In this document: piece after piece, positions 49,468 to 61,128 of the stretch
Position numbering within the stretch: the stretch's first letter is position 1
Layout of the letters: the number at the start of each line of letters is the position of its first letter
DNA from: an uncultured delta proteobacterium
GTDB lineage: Bacteria > Myxococcota > B64-G9
Direction: 5' to 3'
Assembly (NCBI GenBank): GCA_963754925.1
Contig: CAVWHX010000003.1
Span: 32,001-96,000, forward strand
Length of the DNA stretch: 64,000 nucleotides
Made by a program: the position numbers and the translations under genes
The notes under the pieces: model-generated
Database searches by the model: none
What the model was told of the DNA's origin: nothing
The model's input: the letters and a program-made list of their open reading frames with translations, nothing else

Positions 49468-50874
49468 CTATTCAATAACAGATCTGGCCAGAAAGGTAAA
49501 CATTCCATTCGGATAACGCTGCAGGTAGGTTTTGGCCGCCTCTTGGGCTTCATGCTTTTGACCGAGATGTTGGTATACGCTGACAAGTCGCCCGAGAGCT
49601 TCTTCAGCGAGCGAGCCGTCCGGATCTTCGCTCAAATAGGTCGTAAACCAACGAACCGCGACCTTGGAATCCTGGCTCTGTTGCATGGCAAGGCGACCGA
49701 GGAGATAGGCTGCCACCCGCGCATGCCAAGAAGAGGGAAATCGCTCTCGAACAGCCACCAGTACTTCATTGGCTTCTTTATCCTTTTTGGCGTACCGCGC
49801 CGCTTCTGCCAACCGCCATAGTTCCGGAAGATCCAGCGCCAACAACCAATGTTCCCATCCAGATTTCTTTACTAAAGCCATTACCTCATTGTAACGACCT
49901 TGATCGAACAAGGCCTCCCAGTCATCGGAAGGGCCCTTCATAGGGGATCCTAATGATGATGTTCGATAGGCAGGCGAAAATGATGAACCGCCCGAGGAAG
50001 AATAAGATTCCGGGATAGCAGTCGAACTAAAATTCTCGTTGTTGACCCGAGAGGTATGATGTATCCGTCTCTTGCCGATCGATCCCGGATGGTAATGTTC
50101 CTTGGTAGAAAGCTTGCCGGTTTCGGGCAAAGCCTGGCGATCTGATCCCGTATCGGAAGTTACCTCGGGGGTATCCTCACTATCTGACGTGGAGGATGAT
50201 TCAACGGGTGAAGATAGATTCGAAAATGTCGTCTGGCCGTAACTGTCGATAAGAAATTTTTCACTCGCCGATACCACGACCCCTGCCTCGCCGAGAGACG
50301 GCCCATTAACCTTTACCCGACCCTCCCATACGGTCACTTCGAGCTCCGCCAAAGAACGCTGCCACTGGACCGAGAACCGTGTTCCGATATCGCGGATCTC
50401 GTAAGGGCCGGCCGTTACCATCCATCGTTTTGCTCCTTTGCTCAGGACATCGGCCCTGAGGGTTCCCTCGTCTAAAAAGACCTCCACGCTTCGTTTGGTG
50501 GAAGCAACTACGCGAGCACGCGTTTGACCCTGTAACGTTAGTGCGCTCCGATCGGCAAAGAGTATTGGAAGCGACTGCTCTTGCGTGGATTCCAACCATT
50601 GGCCTTCCATGCCGATTGCTTTGTTCGCCCCGACTTCAAACGAAAGTGAACCATCATACGGCACGAAGACCCATAAACAAATCAACGCCGCCCCTACCGC
50701 TGATACTGCGGCAACGGATGCCACCCAGCCTTTCCAATGAACTCGACGCGGAGCGGAAAGCAGTGGGAGAAACATCTGTCTGTGGCGTGCCAGTCTTCGT
50801 TCCCCACAGCCATCGCCCATCTCGTGGGCGAGAGCACGCACCAACGTTTCCATATCGTTCATGTCTAGTCTCAT
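49468..50874 (-). CDS. FecR-domain anti-sigma factor with C-terminal TPR
   Basis: TM helix; IRDIGTRFSV, VTVWEGRV; WFTTYL...PDGSLAEEAL, YLQRYPNG. Confidence 0.8.
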   Translation of the reverse strand: MRLDMNDMETLVRALAHEMGDGCGERRLARHRQMFLPLLSAPRRVHWKGWVASVAAVSAVGAALICLWVFVPYDGSLSFEVGANKAIGMEGQWLESTQEQSLPILFADRSALTLQGQTRARVVASTKRSVEVFLDEGTLRADVLSKGAKRWMVTAGPYEIRDIGTRFSVQWQRSLAELEVTVWEGRVKVNGPSLGEAGVVVSASEKFLIDSYGQTTFSNLSSPVESSSTSDSEDTPEVTSDTGSDRQALPETGKLSTKEHYHPGSIGKRRIHHTSRVNNENFSSTAIPESYSSSGGSSFSPAYRTSSLGSPMKGPSDDWEALFDQGRYNEVMALVKKSGWEHWLLALDLPELWRLAEAARYAKKDKEANEVLVAVRERFPSSWHARVAAYLLGRLAMQQSQDSKVAVRWFTTYLSEDPDGSLAEEALGRLVSVYQHLGQKHEAQEAAKTYLQRYPNGMFTFLARSVIE

Positions 50875-50941
50875 GGTTTTACTCTTTCGCCTCCACCGGT
50901 GTTCAACAACTCTTGACGGCAGTTAGCCGTTCCCATCATGA

Positions 50942-51610
50942 TCAGGCATAGTCACGTATCCATTCAGTAAATAGCGGCTCGTTCTTGGCGAGCTCATACA
51001 ACAGCTTTTTACCCGATTGAAAACGCCTCTTGGCCGTCGGAACCGAAATCTGGCACATCGAGGCGATTTCATTCAACGTGTAGCCCTCCATTAAGTTCAG
51101 CAGCAACACGATGCGCCGCTCGACTCCGATTTTCTCCAGCAATTCGTAAAATCTTCGAATGGCAACGCCTTTTTCCGGAGTGGAAGCAGCGACCTCGTTG
51201 TTTGAATAATCGGGCACAAAGTGAAATAATTTCCTGAATCTCCTTCTGTGTATTTCACGCCGGACGGTATTAATGACCACTCCGGTTATCCACGATTTGA
51301 GTGAATCAGGGGTACGCAAACTTTTGATGGACTCCAAGATATTCACGTAAACTTGATGCACCACATCATCATGTTCGGAATCAGCTCCGAGCAACCGCCA
51401 AACCAATTGGCTGATAAGCCGTCCATATTTCTGATGAAACATAGACGCGGCGTTCGGATCGCGCTCAATGAGACCCTGGACTAAGAAAGCAGGCATATCG
51501 CTATTCTGTTCCAATTCGGGACTGTTGTCCAGGTCGTCGCTGAATCCGGATTCGAACGGTTCTATACTCTCCTGCATTCCTTCCATCATGAGCAATCCTA
51601 TTTGAGCCAC
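50942..51610 (-). CDS. ECF RNA polymerase sigma factor
   Basis: DDVVHQVY, LKSWITG, EGYTLNEIA...SVPTAKRR. Confidence 0.85.
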   Translation of the reverse strand: MAQIGLLMMEGMQESIEPFESGFSDDLDNSPELEQNSDMPAFLVQGLIERDPNAASMFHQKYGRLISQLVWRLLGADSEHDDVVHQVYVNILESIKSLRTPDSLKSWITGVVINTVRREIHRRRFRKLFHFVPDYSNNEVAASTPEKGVAIRRFYELLEKIGVERRIVLLLNLMEGYTLNEIASMCQISVPTAKRRFQSGKKLLYELAKNEPLFTEWIRDYA

Positions 51611-51844
51611 ATCCTCAACATTAATAGTGATGCGAGCTCGGTTTTGGGATCAAAAAAAAGTAAAAAATACAGTGCATTGAAATAATACAAGCGGGTTGAA
51701 AAATAAATACCAGGTATTTTTCTACAGGTATCTATTTTCCTTTTATTTCTCTATGCACTTACCCAACCCTAGGTTAAAATAACGCATAATTACCATTCCT
51801 GTCAATTATCGGGAATTACTACCCTCACCCATCAAAGAGTTATG

Positions 51845-52270
51845 TTATTTTTCGAGGCGAACGGCTTTGATGACTTCAGAGGTTTTGGCGTTGATTTCAA
51901 CCTGGTACGCTGGAGATCCCTTTAGGTCGCTTTTACTATCGAAGGTCACTTCGTAGACATCCTCGAAAAATGAAACTCTCGGGACGAAATCCCGGCAGTC
52001 GATTCCCTTCTGGGTCAACGCCAGTTCTGCCAGGTCCACGGCCATCTCGCCGTTCGGAACCGGCTCTCCTTGATTCAAACTTGGGCTCCTTTCGAGAATG
52101 ACGATCTCGCGCGCCGGCTGAGGATGCGGGCTTTTACCAGTCGCGCAGTCAGCCAGCCACGAGCCGATAATAATCCAACCGATTACCGTGGATACCGTGA
52201 GCGTAACGGAACGATGTATCCCACCGGCCCGAATTTTGGCGGTTCCAATACCGTCATTGAATTGTTTCAT
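51845..52270 (-). CDS. Hypothetical probable lipoprotein
   Basis: GGAGG RBS; hydrophobic stretch ending LADC. Confidence 0.55.
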   Translation of the reverse strand: MKQFNDGIGTAKIRAGGIHRSVTLTVSTVIGWIIIGSWLADCATGKSPHPQPAREIVILERSPSLNQGEPVPNGEMAVDLAELALTQKGIDCRDFVPRVSFFEDVYEVTFDSKSDLKGSPAYQVEINAKTSEVIKAVRLEK

Positions 52271-52312
52271 GTGAATCCCTCCCTGGCGATACTATGGACT
52301 TCACCCCACGAC

Positions 52313-52909
52313 CTATAGACACCCAATTGCTTTCAATTTCCTCTCACATTGTTTTTGATTCTCAAACTTGATCGTTACCATGCCAACATGAGCAGCAGCC
52401 TCAATATTTCTTTCCACGTCATCAATAAAAACTGTTTCATGAGCAATCAAATGATAGGTATTCAAAAGATTGTGATAAATTCCCGGTTCCGGCTTGATCA
52501 GATGCAGGCGGCAGGAAATGACCATACCGTCGAAGATCTTGAGAAATTGGTGCTGTGCTATAAGATAATCAATTGATTCTTTATGCATATTCGAAAGGAC
52601 GAACAGTGTATGGCCTTTTTCTTTGAGTCGAAAGAGGAGGTCAATGGTATCAGGAATCGGGACTAGACGCGAAGGGACCAGTTTGAACAAGGCTTCAACT
52701 TTTGAGATAGCTAAACCGGTGCGTTGCGCCGCTCGTTTGACGGCCTCATCGCGAACAAGAGTTCCCCTATCTAATTCAAACCAATCCTGATGATTGAAAA
52801 TCCCCTCGATCGCTTTCCGCCGGTCGTTAACATCAGAAAAGACTTCAGCCGCCAACTCTTCCGGCGCCCACCGAAATACAACTCCTCCAAAATCAAAAAC
52901 AACATTCAT
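52313..52909 (-). CDS. HAD family phosphatase
   Basis: VVFDFGGV, LSN, KPEP.IY, FIDD. Confidence 0.9.
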   Translation of the reverse strand: MNVVFDFGGVVFRWAPEELAAEVFSDVNDRRKAIEGIFNHQDWFELDRGTLVRDEAVKRAAQRTGLAISKVEALFKLVPSRLVPIPDTIDLLFRLKEKGHTLFVLSNMHKESIDYLIAQHQFLKIFDGMVISCRLHLIKPEPGIYHNLLNTYHLIAHETVFIDDVERNIEAAAHVGMVTIKFENQKQCERKLKAIGCL

Positions 52910-53004
52910 GATGTCTCCCGTTCCCGAAGAGAGAGCATAGTATAACAAACATTTCATAGGGCAAAATAAGTCTCTCTTTGGGATAGGGAACGGGGTAAGG
53001 GAAA

Positions 53005-53679
53005 TTACTTCAACATGTTCAGCAGCTGCTCTGATACCTCCTTAACCCCGGGCCGACCATCAATTTCGAGAACCTTAACCTTGGACTTGAAGTAACCGAC
53101 CGCAGCTAAGGTTCCGGTCGTGGCGTCGTAGTAAATACCATGGCGCTTATCGATAGCCGTCTCATCCTGATCATCGGCTCGGGTAGTCAAGCTCTCGCAG
53201 CCGCAGACCCGGCAAATCGGCTTGCCGTTTTTCTCCGCCGGCTTGATGGCGTCAATGAAGATGTTATTAGGATGGTTATTGTCTTTCGCGCACAGGCGTC
53301 GGCCCATAATGCGCTTCTTCGCGATATCGCGATCGAGGACGATCTCGATTACGTAGTCCAACTTGATCTTTTCCTTTTTCAGGGCCTTCCCCAGGGCCTC
53401 GGCCTGAGCCAGATTGCGTGGAAAACCATCCAGAAGCCAGCCGCTCGCGCAATCCGTGGCTTTAAGGCGATTGAGGATCATCGGAATGGTGATTTCGTCC
53501 GGAACCAGCTCACCGCGGTCGATATATTCTTTCGCCTTCTTACCGAGATCGGTACCCCCTTTGATATTCTCCCTGAATATGACACCGGTTTCGATGTGCG
53601 GCACGTTGAACTTTTTTTGCACGATGGCGCCCTGCGTGCCCTTGCCACTGCCGTTGGGTCCAAAGATGAGAATGTTCAT
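53005..53679 (-). CDS. adk: Adenylate kinase
   Basis: GPNGSGKGTQ, GELVPD, LLDGFPR, zinc-type lid. Confidence 0.95.
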   Translation of the reverse strand: MNILIFGPNGSGKGTQGAIVQKKFNVPHIETGVIFRENIKGGTDLGKKAKEYIDRGELVPDEITIPMILNRLKATDCASGWLLDGFPRNLAQAEALGKALKKEKIKLDYVIEIVLDRDIAKKRIMGRRLCAKDNNHPNNIFIDAIKPAEKNGKPICRVCGCESLTTRADDQDETAIDKRHGIYYDATTGTLAAVGYFKSKVKVLEIDGRPGVKEVSEQLLNMLK

Positions 53680-53820
53680 TGCACGAACTCCTTTTGCGTA
53701 TCAGTTTTATTAATGGTATCTGCGCGTACTTCAATTCGATGCCAACCCTACCCCCAAATTGACCCCCGCGTCAACGATCGTTAATATCTTGTCATTCCCG
53801 AAGATTCCAACGCCCTTTGT

Positions 53821-54747
53821 CTAGGCCCGCGGGTGAAAGCGATCGTAGACCTGGCGCAGACGTTGGGTAGTGATATGGGTGTAGATCTCAGTCGTGGAAA
53901 GGTCGGCATGCCCGAGCAGCGCCTGCACGCTGCGCAAATCGGCGCCGCGTTCGAGCAGGTGGGTGGCAAACGAATGGCGCAATTTATGCGGAGAAATAGC
54001 GCGCCTGATGCCAGCCGCAACCGCATAGCGTTTGAGTATCACCCAGAAGCTTTGGCGCGTCATCCCGGTCCCGCGGGCCGTTACAAACAGGTATGGCGTG
54101 CGTCGGCCCTTGAGCAAGGTTTCGCGCGCCATGGCAAGATAGTTTTCTATCGCCGTCTGGGCCTGTTCGCCGAGCGGCACCAGCCGCTCTTTGCGGCGTT
54201 TGCCGAACGCTCGCACCACGCCCAGGCGCCGATCGAGCGCGTCAACGGTCAACCCGACCAGTTCCGAGACGCGCACTCCCGACGCGTAGAGCGTTTCGAG
54301 CATGGCTTTATCCCGCAGAGAACGCGGGTTGTCACCTTTCGGCTGAGCCAGCAAATCGTCGACCTCACTCATTGAAAGGAACTCGGGGAGCCGATGCGCC
54401 ATCTTGGGCATTTCAACGTCCCGGGTCGGGTCGTTGGTGCCGTACCCCTCGCCCACCAAGAAACGATAGCAGGAGCGCAACGCCGAAAGCAGCCGAGCCT
54501 GTGAGCGCACCCCGAGCTTCTGTTTGTGCAAACTCTTAAGAAATTCAACGATATCGAGGGGAGTTACGTCGGCGAAGCTCTGCCGCCCGGCGCGCCCAGC
54601 AAACGCAATCAACTTATCGAGATCGCGACGATACGCTTCCAGAGTGTTTGGGCTAACATTGCGTTCCACCGTCAGGTGATGAAGGTAGAGATGTGCTTCG
54701 GTTTCAAAACGCCCGGTGGGTTTATCTGGTGAAGCGTTTCGTCCCAA
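53821..54747 (-). CDS. xerD: Tyrosine recombinase XerD
   Basis: LYASGVRVSEL, KERLVP, MTRQSFW, SPHKLRHSFATHLL, LLGHADLSTTEIY. Confidence 0.93.
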   Translation of the reverse strand: MGRNASPDKPTGRFETEAHLYLHHLTVERNVSPNTLEAYRRDLDKLIAFAGRAGRQSFADVTPLDIVEFLKSLHKQKLGVRSQARLLSALRSCYRFLVGEGYGTNDPTRDVEMPKMAHRLPEFLSMSEVDDLLAQPKGDNPRSLRDKAMLETLYASGVRVSELVGLTVDALDRRLGVVRAFGKRRKERLVPLGEQAQTAIENYLAMARETLLKGRRTPYLFVTARGTGMTRQSFWVILKRYAVAAGIRRAISPHKLRHSFATHLLERGADLRSVQALLGHADLSTTEIYTHITTQRLRQVYDRFHPRA

Positions 54748-54750
54748 ACA

Positions 54751-56538
54751 TCATCCTCCCTCTAATCCAATCGCTTTGTTTCGCTCGACGACGAAGTTTT
54801 TAATGCCAACGTAAACTGCCTCAGCTAACGACTGGCGGTAGTTTTTACTATGGAGCCGCTTCTCGTCTTCTGGGTTAGAGATAAACGAGGCCTCAACCAA
54901 AACCGCCGGCATACGCGCGCCCATGAGAACATAAAACAGCGCATACTTCAGCCCCAAGTCGTTGACATGGTCAACGGTGCGCCTAAGAATGCCCACAACC
55001 GCACGCTGTATCTGTTGACCAAGCGCAATCGAGTCATCGACGTGCGACTTCAGCGCCAAGTCGGCCAGAATAAGTTGGAGTTGAGAAATCGATTTCTCAG
55101 AGGTGGCATTCTCGCGGGCGGCAAGACGCAGGCTTACATCATCGTTCGAAATGTCGAGATAGAATGTCTGAACGCCGCTCAACGTATGGTTGCGGGCGGC
55201 GTTGAGATGGATTGAGACAAACAGATCCGCTTTTTTAGTATTTGCAAAAGCGGTGCGTTCCTCAAGGGCGACAAAGGTATCCGTATCGCGAGTAAGGTAG
55301 ACCTCGACCTTAAGGTTATCGCGTATCAAGGCGGCGAGCCGCTTGGCGATATCGAGCGTTAAGTCTTTTTCCAGCGCGCCCGAAGGTCCGATGGCACCGG
55401 GATCGCTGCCGCCGTGACCAGGATCGATCACAATGCGTTTGACCTTCAATCCAGCCAACATCGACAGTGACCGACCGGGACTGCTCTTGGGCACATGGAG
55501 CGATTTGACGGCCTTTGGCTCTGGCTCTTTAACCTCCGCTTTACCCAAAACCTGCGTGTTCTGGTTGTCACTCACGCCAAGATCCACCACCACCCGGGCA
55601 GGATCGTCCATGGGAATGACCCGTTGTTCGCGCTCCTGATCCAGCTCAATGACCACCCGAACAGTGCTGTCGTCCCGTGCCGCGCAGCGAACGCGCTTAA
55701 CAATCCCATCCCCCGCGACGATATCTTGGTTGAGATCCGGACTGAGTTCGGTATTGAGTAAATCGACATACATTCGAACCGGTTGATTGGCGGTTGTATC
55801 AACGGGCAGCGCGCCCACGCGAAACTGGGCCGGGGTTCTGGTATACAGGACCAGGCGACTATACCCCGGATCGCTCCAGTAACGAATTTCCTCCAATACC
55901 GATTTTTCAGACGCCACAGAAGGCTCGGCCTGAGATTCAAGCGAGACCTTGGGTGGCTTGGGTGCGGGAGGCGTGGCGGCTTTAGGAGGTGGTCCTTCGC
56001 CTTCGGCTGACTCTTCCCCGAGATCTTCAAGCATCTGGTGTGCCTTGGCCACCATATCGCCTTTGGGGAAGCTCTTGAGCAAATACTCAAGTTCGGCTTT
56101 GGCCTGTTTGGGATTCTTGCGAAACTCCACAAACACCAACGCAATGGTTAATTGGGCGTCATCGGCGAGATGGTGACGAGGGTACTCCTTCACCAGGCGT
56201 CGAAAGGCGGCGAGCGACTGATCGAGATCTTCCGCCAGGCGCGAGATGCGGTACAGATTGAGGTTGAGCTTGCCTATCGAGAACAACGCCTCGGGTGCGT
56301 GCGAATTGTTCGGATACTTCTTGATAAAACGTTCGAAGGCTCGGGCGCAATTTTGGAAGTTATGACGATACTGCTGCCGTTTTTGATCGTCTTTAAACTG
56401 TCGGTAGTTGGCCCTGATTTTTTGGTAGAGATCCTCGGGATCGTCGACCGCCATGCTGTTAGCAGACACGGCCATTAACGCCGTGAGCGCAATAACTATT
56501 TCAATAGCCCAGAAACGATAGCTGCGTTTGACCATCAT
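54751..56538 (-). CDS. N-acetylmuramoyl-L-alanine amidase (TPR + AMIN + Amidase_3)
   Basis: IDPGHGG, EK, LTRD, SIHLNA, VLVEASFISN; overlaps mutS stop. Confidence 0.9.
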   Translation of the reverse strand: MMVKRSYRFWAIEIVIALTALMAVSANSMAVDDPEDLYQKIRANYRQFKDDQKRQQYRHNFQNCARAFERFIKKYPNNSHAPEALFSIGKLNLNLYRISRLAEDLDQSLAAFRRLVKEYPRHHLADDAQLTIALVFVEFRKNPKQAKAELEYLLKSFPKGDMVAKAHQMLEDLGEESAEGEGPPPKAATPPAPKPPKVSLESQAEPSVASEKSVLEEIRYWSDPGYSRLVLYTRTPAQFRVGALPVDTTANQPVRMYVDLLNTELSPDLNQDIVAGDGIVKRVRCAARDDSTVRVVIELDQEREQRVIPMDDPARVVVDLGVSDNQNTQVLGKAEVKEPEPKAVKSLHVPKSSPGRSLSMLAGLKVKRIVIDPGHGGSDPGAIGPSGALEKDLTLDIAKRLAALIRDNLKVEVYLTRDTDTFVALEERTAFANTKKADLFVSIHLNAARNHTLSGVQTFYLDISNDDVSLRLAARENATSEKSISQLQLILADLALKSHVDDSIALGQQIQRAVVGILRRTVDHVNDLGLKYALFYVLMGARMPAVLVEASFISNPEDEKRLHSKNYRQSLAEAVYVGIKNFVVERNKAIGLEGG

Positions 56539-59159
56539 GTCCCTTTCCACCGATGCAGCAGTGTTAACGCATCCAAGGGCGTGAGGGTATCAAGATCAAG
56601 CTGTAACAGCTCCTCCTCGATGGCGGAACGAGAGGGTGATTGGCCAAAGAGCTGCATCTGGCCGTAAGAAGGCTCGCTGCCATCGATCGAGCGCGAGAGT
56701 CGCGGGGCGCCCAACTCATCGTACTCTTGTCCCTCGAGGTTTCTGAGAATCTCCCGGGCGCGCTCGATGACCTCCTCGGGCAATCCGGCGAGCTTGCCCA
56801 CCTGAATACCGTACGATCGGTTCGAAATCCCCTTGACCAACCGACGCAGAAAGATAATGCGTTCGCGCCATTCCTTGACGCTGATGGTGTAGTTGACGAC
56901 ACGACCTTTCGTCAGCGCGAGATCGGCAAGTTGGTGGTAATGGGTGGCAAAGAGCGCGCGGCTGCCGATCCGGTCGTGAATATACTCGGCTACCGCCCAT
57001 GCGATGCTGACGCCGTCGAAGGTGCTCGTCCCGCGGCCTATCTCATCCAGGATCAGGAGACTGCGACGCGTGGCGTTGCGTAGAATTTGAGCGGTCTCGA
57101 TCATTTCGACCATGAAGGTGCTCTGGCCACGGGTCAGGTTGTCGGCCGCGCCGATGCGCGTGAAGATATGATCCACCAGTCCAATTCGTGCGCCGGTAGC
57201 CGGAACAAACGAGCCCATCTGCGCCATGATGACGGTCAGCGCCGCCTGCCGAATTACGGTCGACTTCCCGGCCATATTGGGCCCGGTGATCACGAGGAGC
57301 TGCTCACGCTCGCAGTCCAGGTGCAGATCATTCGGTACAAACCGTTCGTTGGTCAGCGAAAGCTCGACCACCGGATGACGGCCGTCGCGTATATCTATCT
57401 GCTCACTCTCGTCAACCACCGGACGGCAGTAGCCGTTCTGGGCCGCAATCTCGGCCAATGCGGCGAGCGCATCGCTCATCGAAAGCTGCCCGGCTATTCG
57501 AAGTATACGGTCGGCATCCTGACGCACCCGCCCGACCAGCTCGCCGAAAAGTTGCCGCTCGAGCGACACGCGCTCCTCGTGGGCGGTCAACACCGCCTCT
57601 TCTTGAGCTTTAAGCTCGGCGGTTTCAAACCGCTCGGCGTTCGCCGTGGTCTGCTTGCGGCGGTAGTCGGTCGGCACCAAGTGCAGATTGGCTTTGGTCA
57701 CTTCGATGTAGTAGCCAAAAACGCGATTGTACCGAATCTTGAGCGAGCCGATTCCGGTCCGCCGTCGTTCGTGTTGTTCCAATTGCGCGATGATATCTCG
57801 ACCGGAGGTGGACAAGCGCTGTAACTCGTCGAGGCGCGCGTGGTAGCCAGGCCGGATAGCCCCACCCTCCTCAAGATCGATCGGCGGCTCGTCCACCAAC
57901 GCAGCGTCCAGCACTGCCCGCAGCTCCGGCGCGCAATCGATCGGTCCGATGAGCCGCGCCAGCGCTCCCTCGCGCTGGCGTTCGACAATCTCGCGCCAGG
58001 CAGGCAATTCCCTCAGCGACGCGCGCAGAGAACCCAGGTCGCGGGGGTTGGCCTGGCCCGCCGAGATCTTTCCGAGGAGGCGTTCGAGGTCGCGGATGGC
58101 ACCGAGCCGTTCGCGCAGATCGTGGCGGACGACCCCGTCCTCGACCAGTTGCGCGACGGCGTCGACACGGTCGCGGATGCGCTCGACCGATACCATCGGA
58201 AACAACGTCCAGTCACGCAATCGCCGCGCCCCCATGGGCGTTCGGGTGCGATCGAGCACCCCCAACAGCGAACCCTGACGGTGGCCTTCCATCAGGGTGC
58301 GTGTTAACTCGAGGTTTGCAACCGACGCCTCGTCGATGACCACATACTCGCTTATCTGGTAGGGCACAATTCGGCGCACATGATTAAGCGCCTTGGGCAG
58401 ACTGGCATGGGCATAGGCAAAAGCCGCCTGCGCAGCGGCCAACCCCAGCGGTAGCTTGTGTAACCCTGTCCGCGTTAGCTCGGGCTCTGGAAATGACGAC
58501 AAAAACAGCTGCCGCACGTCTTCCCGCTCGGCGCTCAGATCGGTAAACTTCAAGAACAAGCCCCTGAACCGACCTCGCACCTCGTCGACCAACGGCGTGC
58601 GTTCGAATGAAACCGGCACCAACAGTTCGCGTGGCCGAACCCGCGCGAGCTCATCAAACAAGGCCTGGCGGCTTTCGACTTCCGTCAGCCGGAAATCGGC
58701 GGTGGATACATCCAGGAAGGCGAAGCCCATGCGCCCACTATCAGCGATGCTCAGAGCGCCCAGATAATTTGATTCGCTGGCATTGAGATCATCCGGGTCG
58801 ATAATCATCCCGGGAGACACTACCCGCACGACCTCCCGGCGCACAATACCTTTAGCAAGCTTGGGGTCCTCCACCTGATCGCAAACAGCCACTTTGTAGC
58901 CTTCTGCAACCAGCTTCGCGATGTACCCGTTGGCCGAAAAATATGGCACGCCGCACATGGCAACGGCGTCATCGCCCTTGCTGCGCGAGGTCAACGTAAG
59001 ATCGAGCACCCGTGAAGCTAACTCAGCATCCTCAAAAAACATTTCGTAAAAATCACCCAGGCGGAAAAACAGAACGCAGTCCGGGTAGGCCTGTTTTTGC
59101 TCGAGATACTGACGTATCATGGGCGTTTGCTTTATAACATCTGGAGATCCGTTGGACAT
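56535..59159 (-). CDS. mutS: DNA mismatch repair protein MutS
   Basis: TPMIRQY, GDFYEMF, GPNMAGKST, STFMVEM, DEIGRGTST, ATHYH. Confidence 0.97.
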   Translation of the reverse strand: MSNGSPDVIKQTPMIRQYLEQKQAYPDCVLFFRLGDFYEMFFEDAELASRVLDLTLTSRSKGDDAVAMCGVPYFSANGYIAKLVAEGYKVAVCDQVEDPKLAKGIVRREVVRVVSPGMIIDPDDLNASESNYLGALSIADSGRMGFAFLDVSTADFRLTEVESRQALFDELARVRPRELLVPVSFERTPLVDEVRGRFRGLFLKFTDLSAEREDVRQLFLSSFPEPELTRTGLHKLPLGLAAAQAAFAYAHASLPKALNHVRRIVPYQISEYVVIDEASVANLELTRTLMEGHRQGSLLGVLDRTRTPMGARRLRDWTLFPMVSVERIRDRVDAVAQLVEDGVVRHDLRERLGAIRDLERLLGKISAGQANPRDLGSLRASLRELPAWREIVERQREGALARLIGPIDCAPELRAVLDAALVDEPPIDLEEGGAIRPGYHARLDELQRLSTSGRDIIAQLEQHERRRTGIGSLKIRYNRVFGYYIEVTKANLHLVPTDYRRKQTTANAERFETAELKAQEEAVLTAHEERVSLERQLFGELVGRVRQDADRILRIAGQLSMSDALAALAEIAAQNGYCRPVVDESEQIDIRDGRHPVVELSLTNERFVPNDLHLDCEREQLLVITGPNMAGKSTVIRQAALTVIMAQMGSFVPATGARIGLVDHIFTRIGAADNLTRGQSTFMVEMIETAQILRNATRRSLLILDEIGRGTSTFDGVSIAWAVAEYIHDRIGSRALFATHYHQLADLALTKGRVVNYTISVKEWRERIIFLRRLVKGISNRSYGIQVGKLAGLPEEVIERAREILRNLEGQEYDELGAPRLSRSIDGSEPSYGQMQLFGQSPSRSAIEEELLQLDLDTLTPLDALTLLHRWKGT

Positions 59160-59309
59160 CAGACAACCTTTCGAGCTACCAAACCTCCCTATGCCCTATG
59201 GAATACTATAGCAATATTTTTATACAAGACTCATCGCATTAAATGGCCGCCTTCAACGACAATGATATCACCGGTCATGTAGAATGATTGCGAGGGCGGA
59301 GATTAATAG

Positions 59310-59871
59310 CTACTTCCAGTCGGCTTCCCAAATGCAGCTTTTGTCTCCGCGGGTGCGGCAATGAGTTTCGACCGCATTAATTTCAGTGGCGCCACCCATT
59401 TTCAGAAATGTTGTGGCCCAACCGATATTAAGCCGGCATAGCTCCTCTGCCGGAGAAAGTTCGTAATCAACCAATTCGACTCGAACATGACCACGGGTTG
59501 GAGAGGCAATGCGTATTGATCCGGTATCGTGATACACGTTCCACAACTTGGCGCCACGGCGGAGCGTTCCTTCCGGATCGTTGGGTTTTATCAGACGAGA
59601 ATAGATAGAAGAAAGGTCTTGCTCCGCAGATATCCTGCCCATAAATACCCAGACGTCTTCTTCGAGACTGGGTGCTCTCTCCTTGATGATGATTGCGGCA
59701 GCTTTCATGAGATCAAACCAATCTTCTTCCGGGTACCACGTCGCAACCAGAATGCGTTCATCCAGATACTTGTACAGACGCACCGGGATGAGATCGAGCG
59801 CCCTCTTTTTGCTGTACTTGCGCAACGACTTGACCGTCATTGCCATCGCAGTCCCTTTAATCCTTAGCCAA
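59310..59871 (-). CDS. Hypothetical protein, DUF2378/V4R-like (probable 5' frameshift)
   Basis: TWYPE, AEQDLSSIY, YHDTG, CRTRGDKSC; likely TTG start MAKIKGT after GGAG with one extra G. Confidence 0.65.
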
Positions 59872-60045
59872 GGCTTGCTCCCGTAGTCATCGGCCGGTCA
59901 CCCATACCCGTCCCCGTCGTGCATCAACACAGGGGATTCCTTGAGCCCTTTATGCGCTCTTTTCTCTCCATAACTGGTCGACCATTAGCATAGGGGGCAG
60001 GATATTTCAATAACCGTTGATGGTGCCGGAGGCTGAATGGTATGT

Positions 60046-61032
<987 letters not shown>

Positions 61033-61128
61033 CGCGCCCCTCCGGTAATAAATGGAAAAAAACAATATACAATAAATTGGAACCATGATTAAGTATATAA
61101 GCATTTGGCAGAAGGCAACAGAGGTTGT

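Noticed and set aside
53821..54747. Prophage or island integrase
   Set aside because: XerD-type sequence in housekeeping mutS-amidase-adk context; no att sites or phage genes
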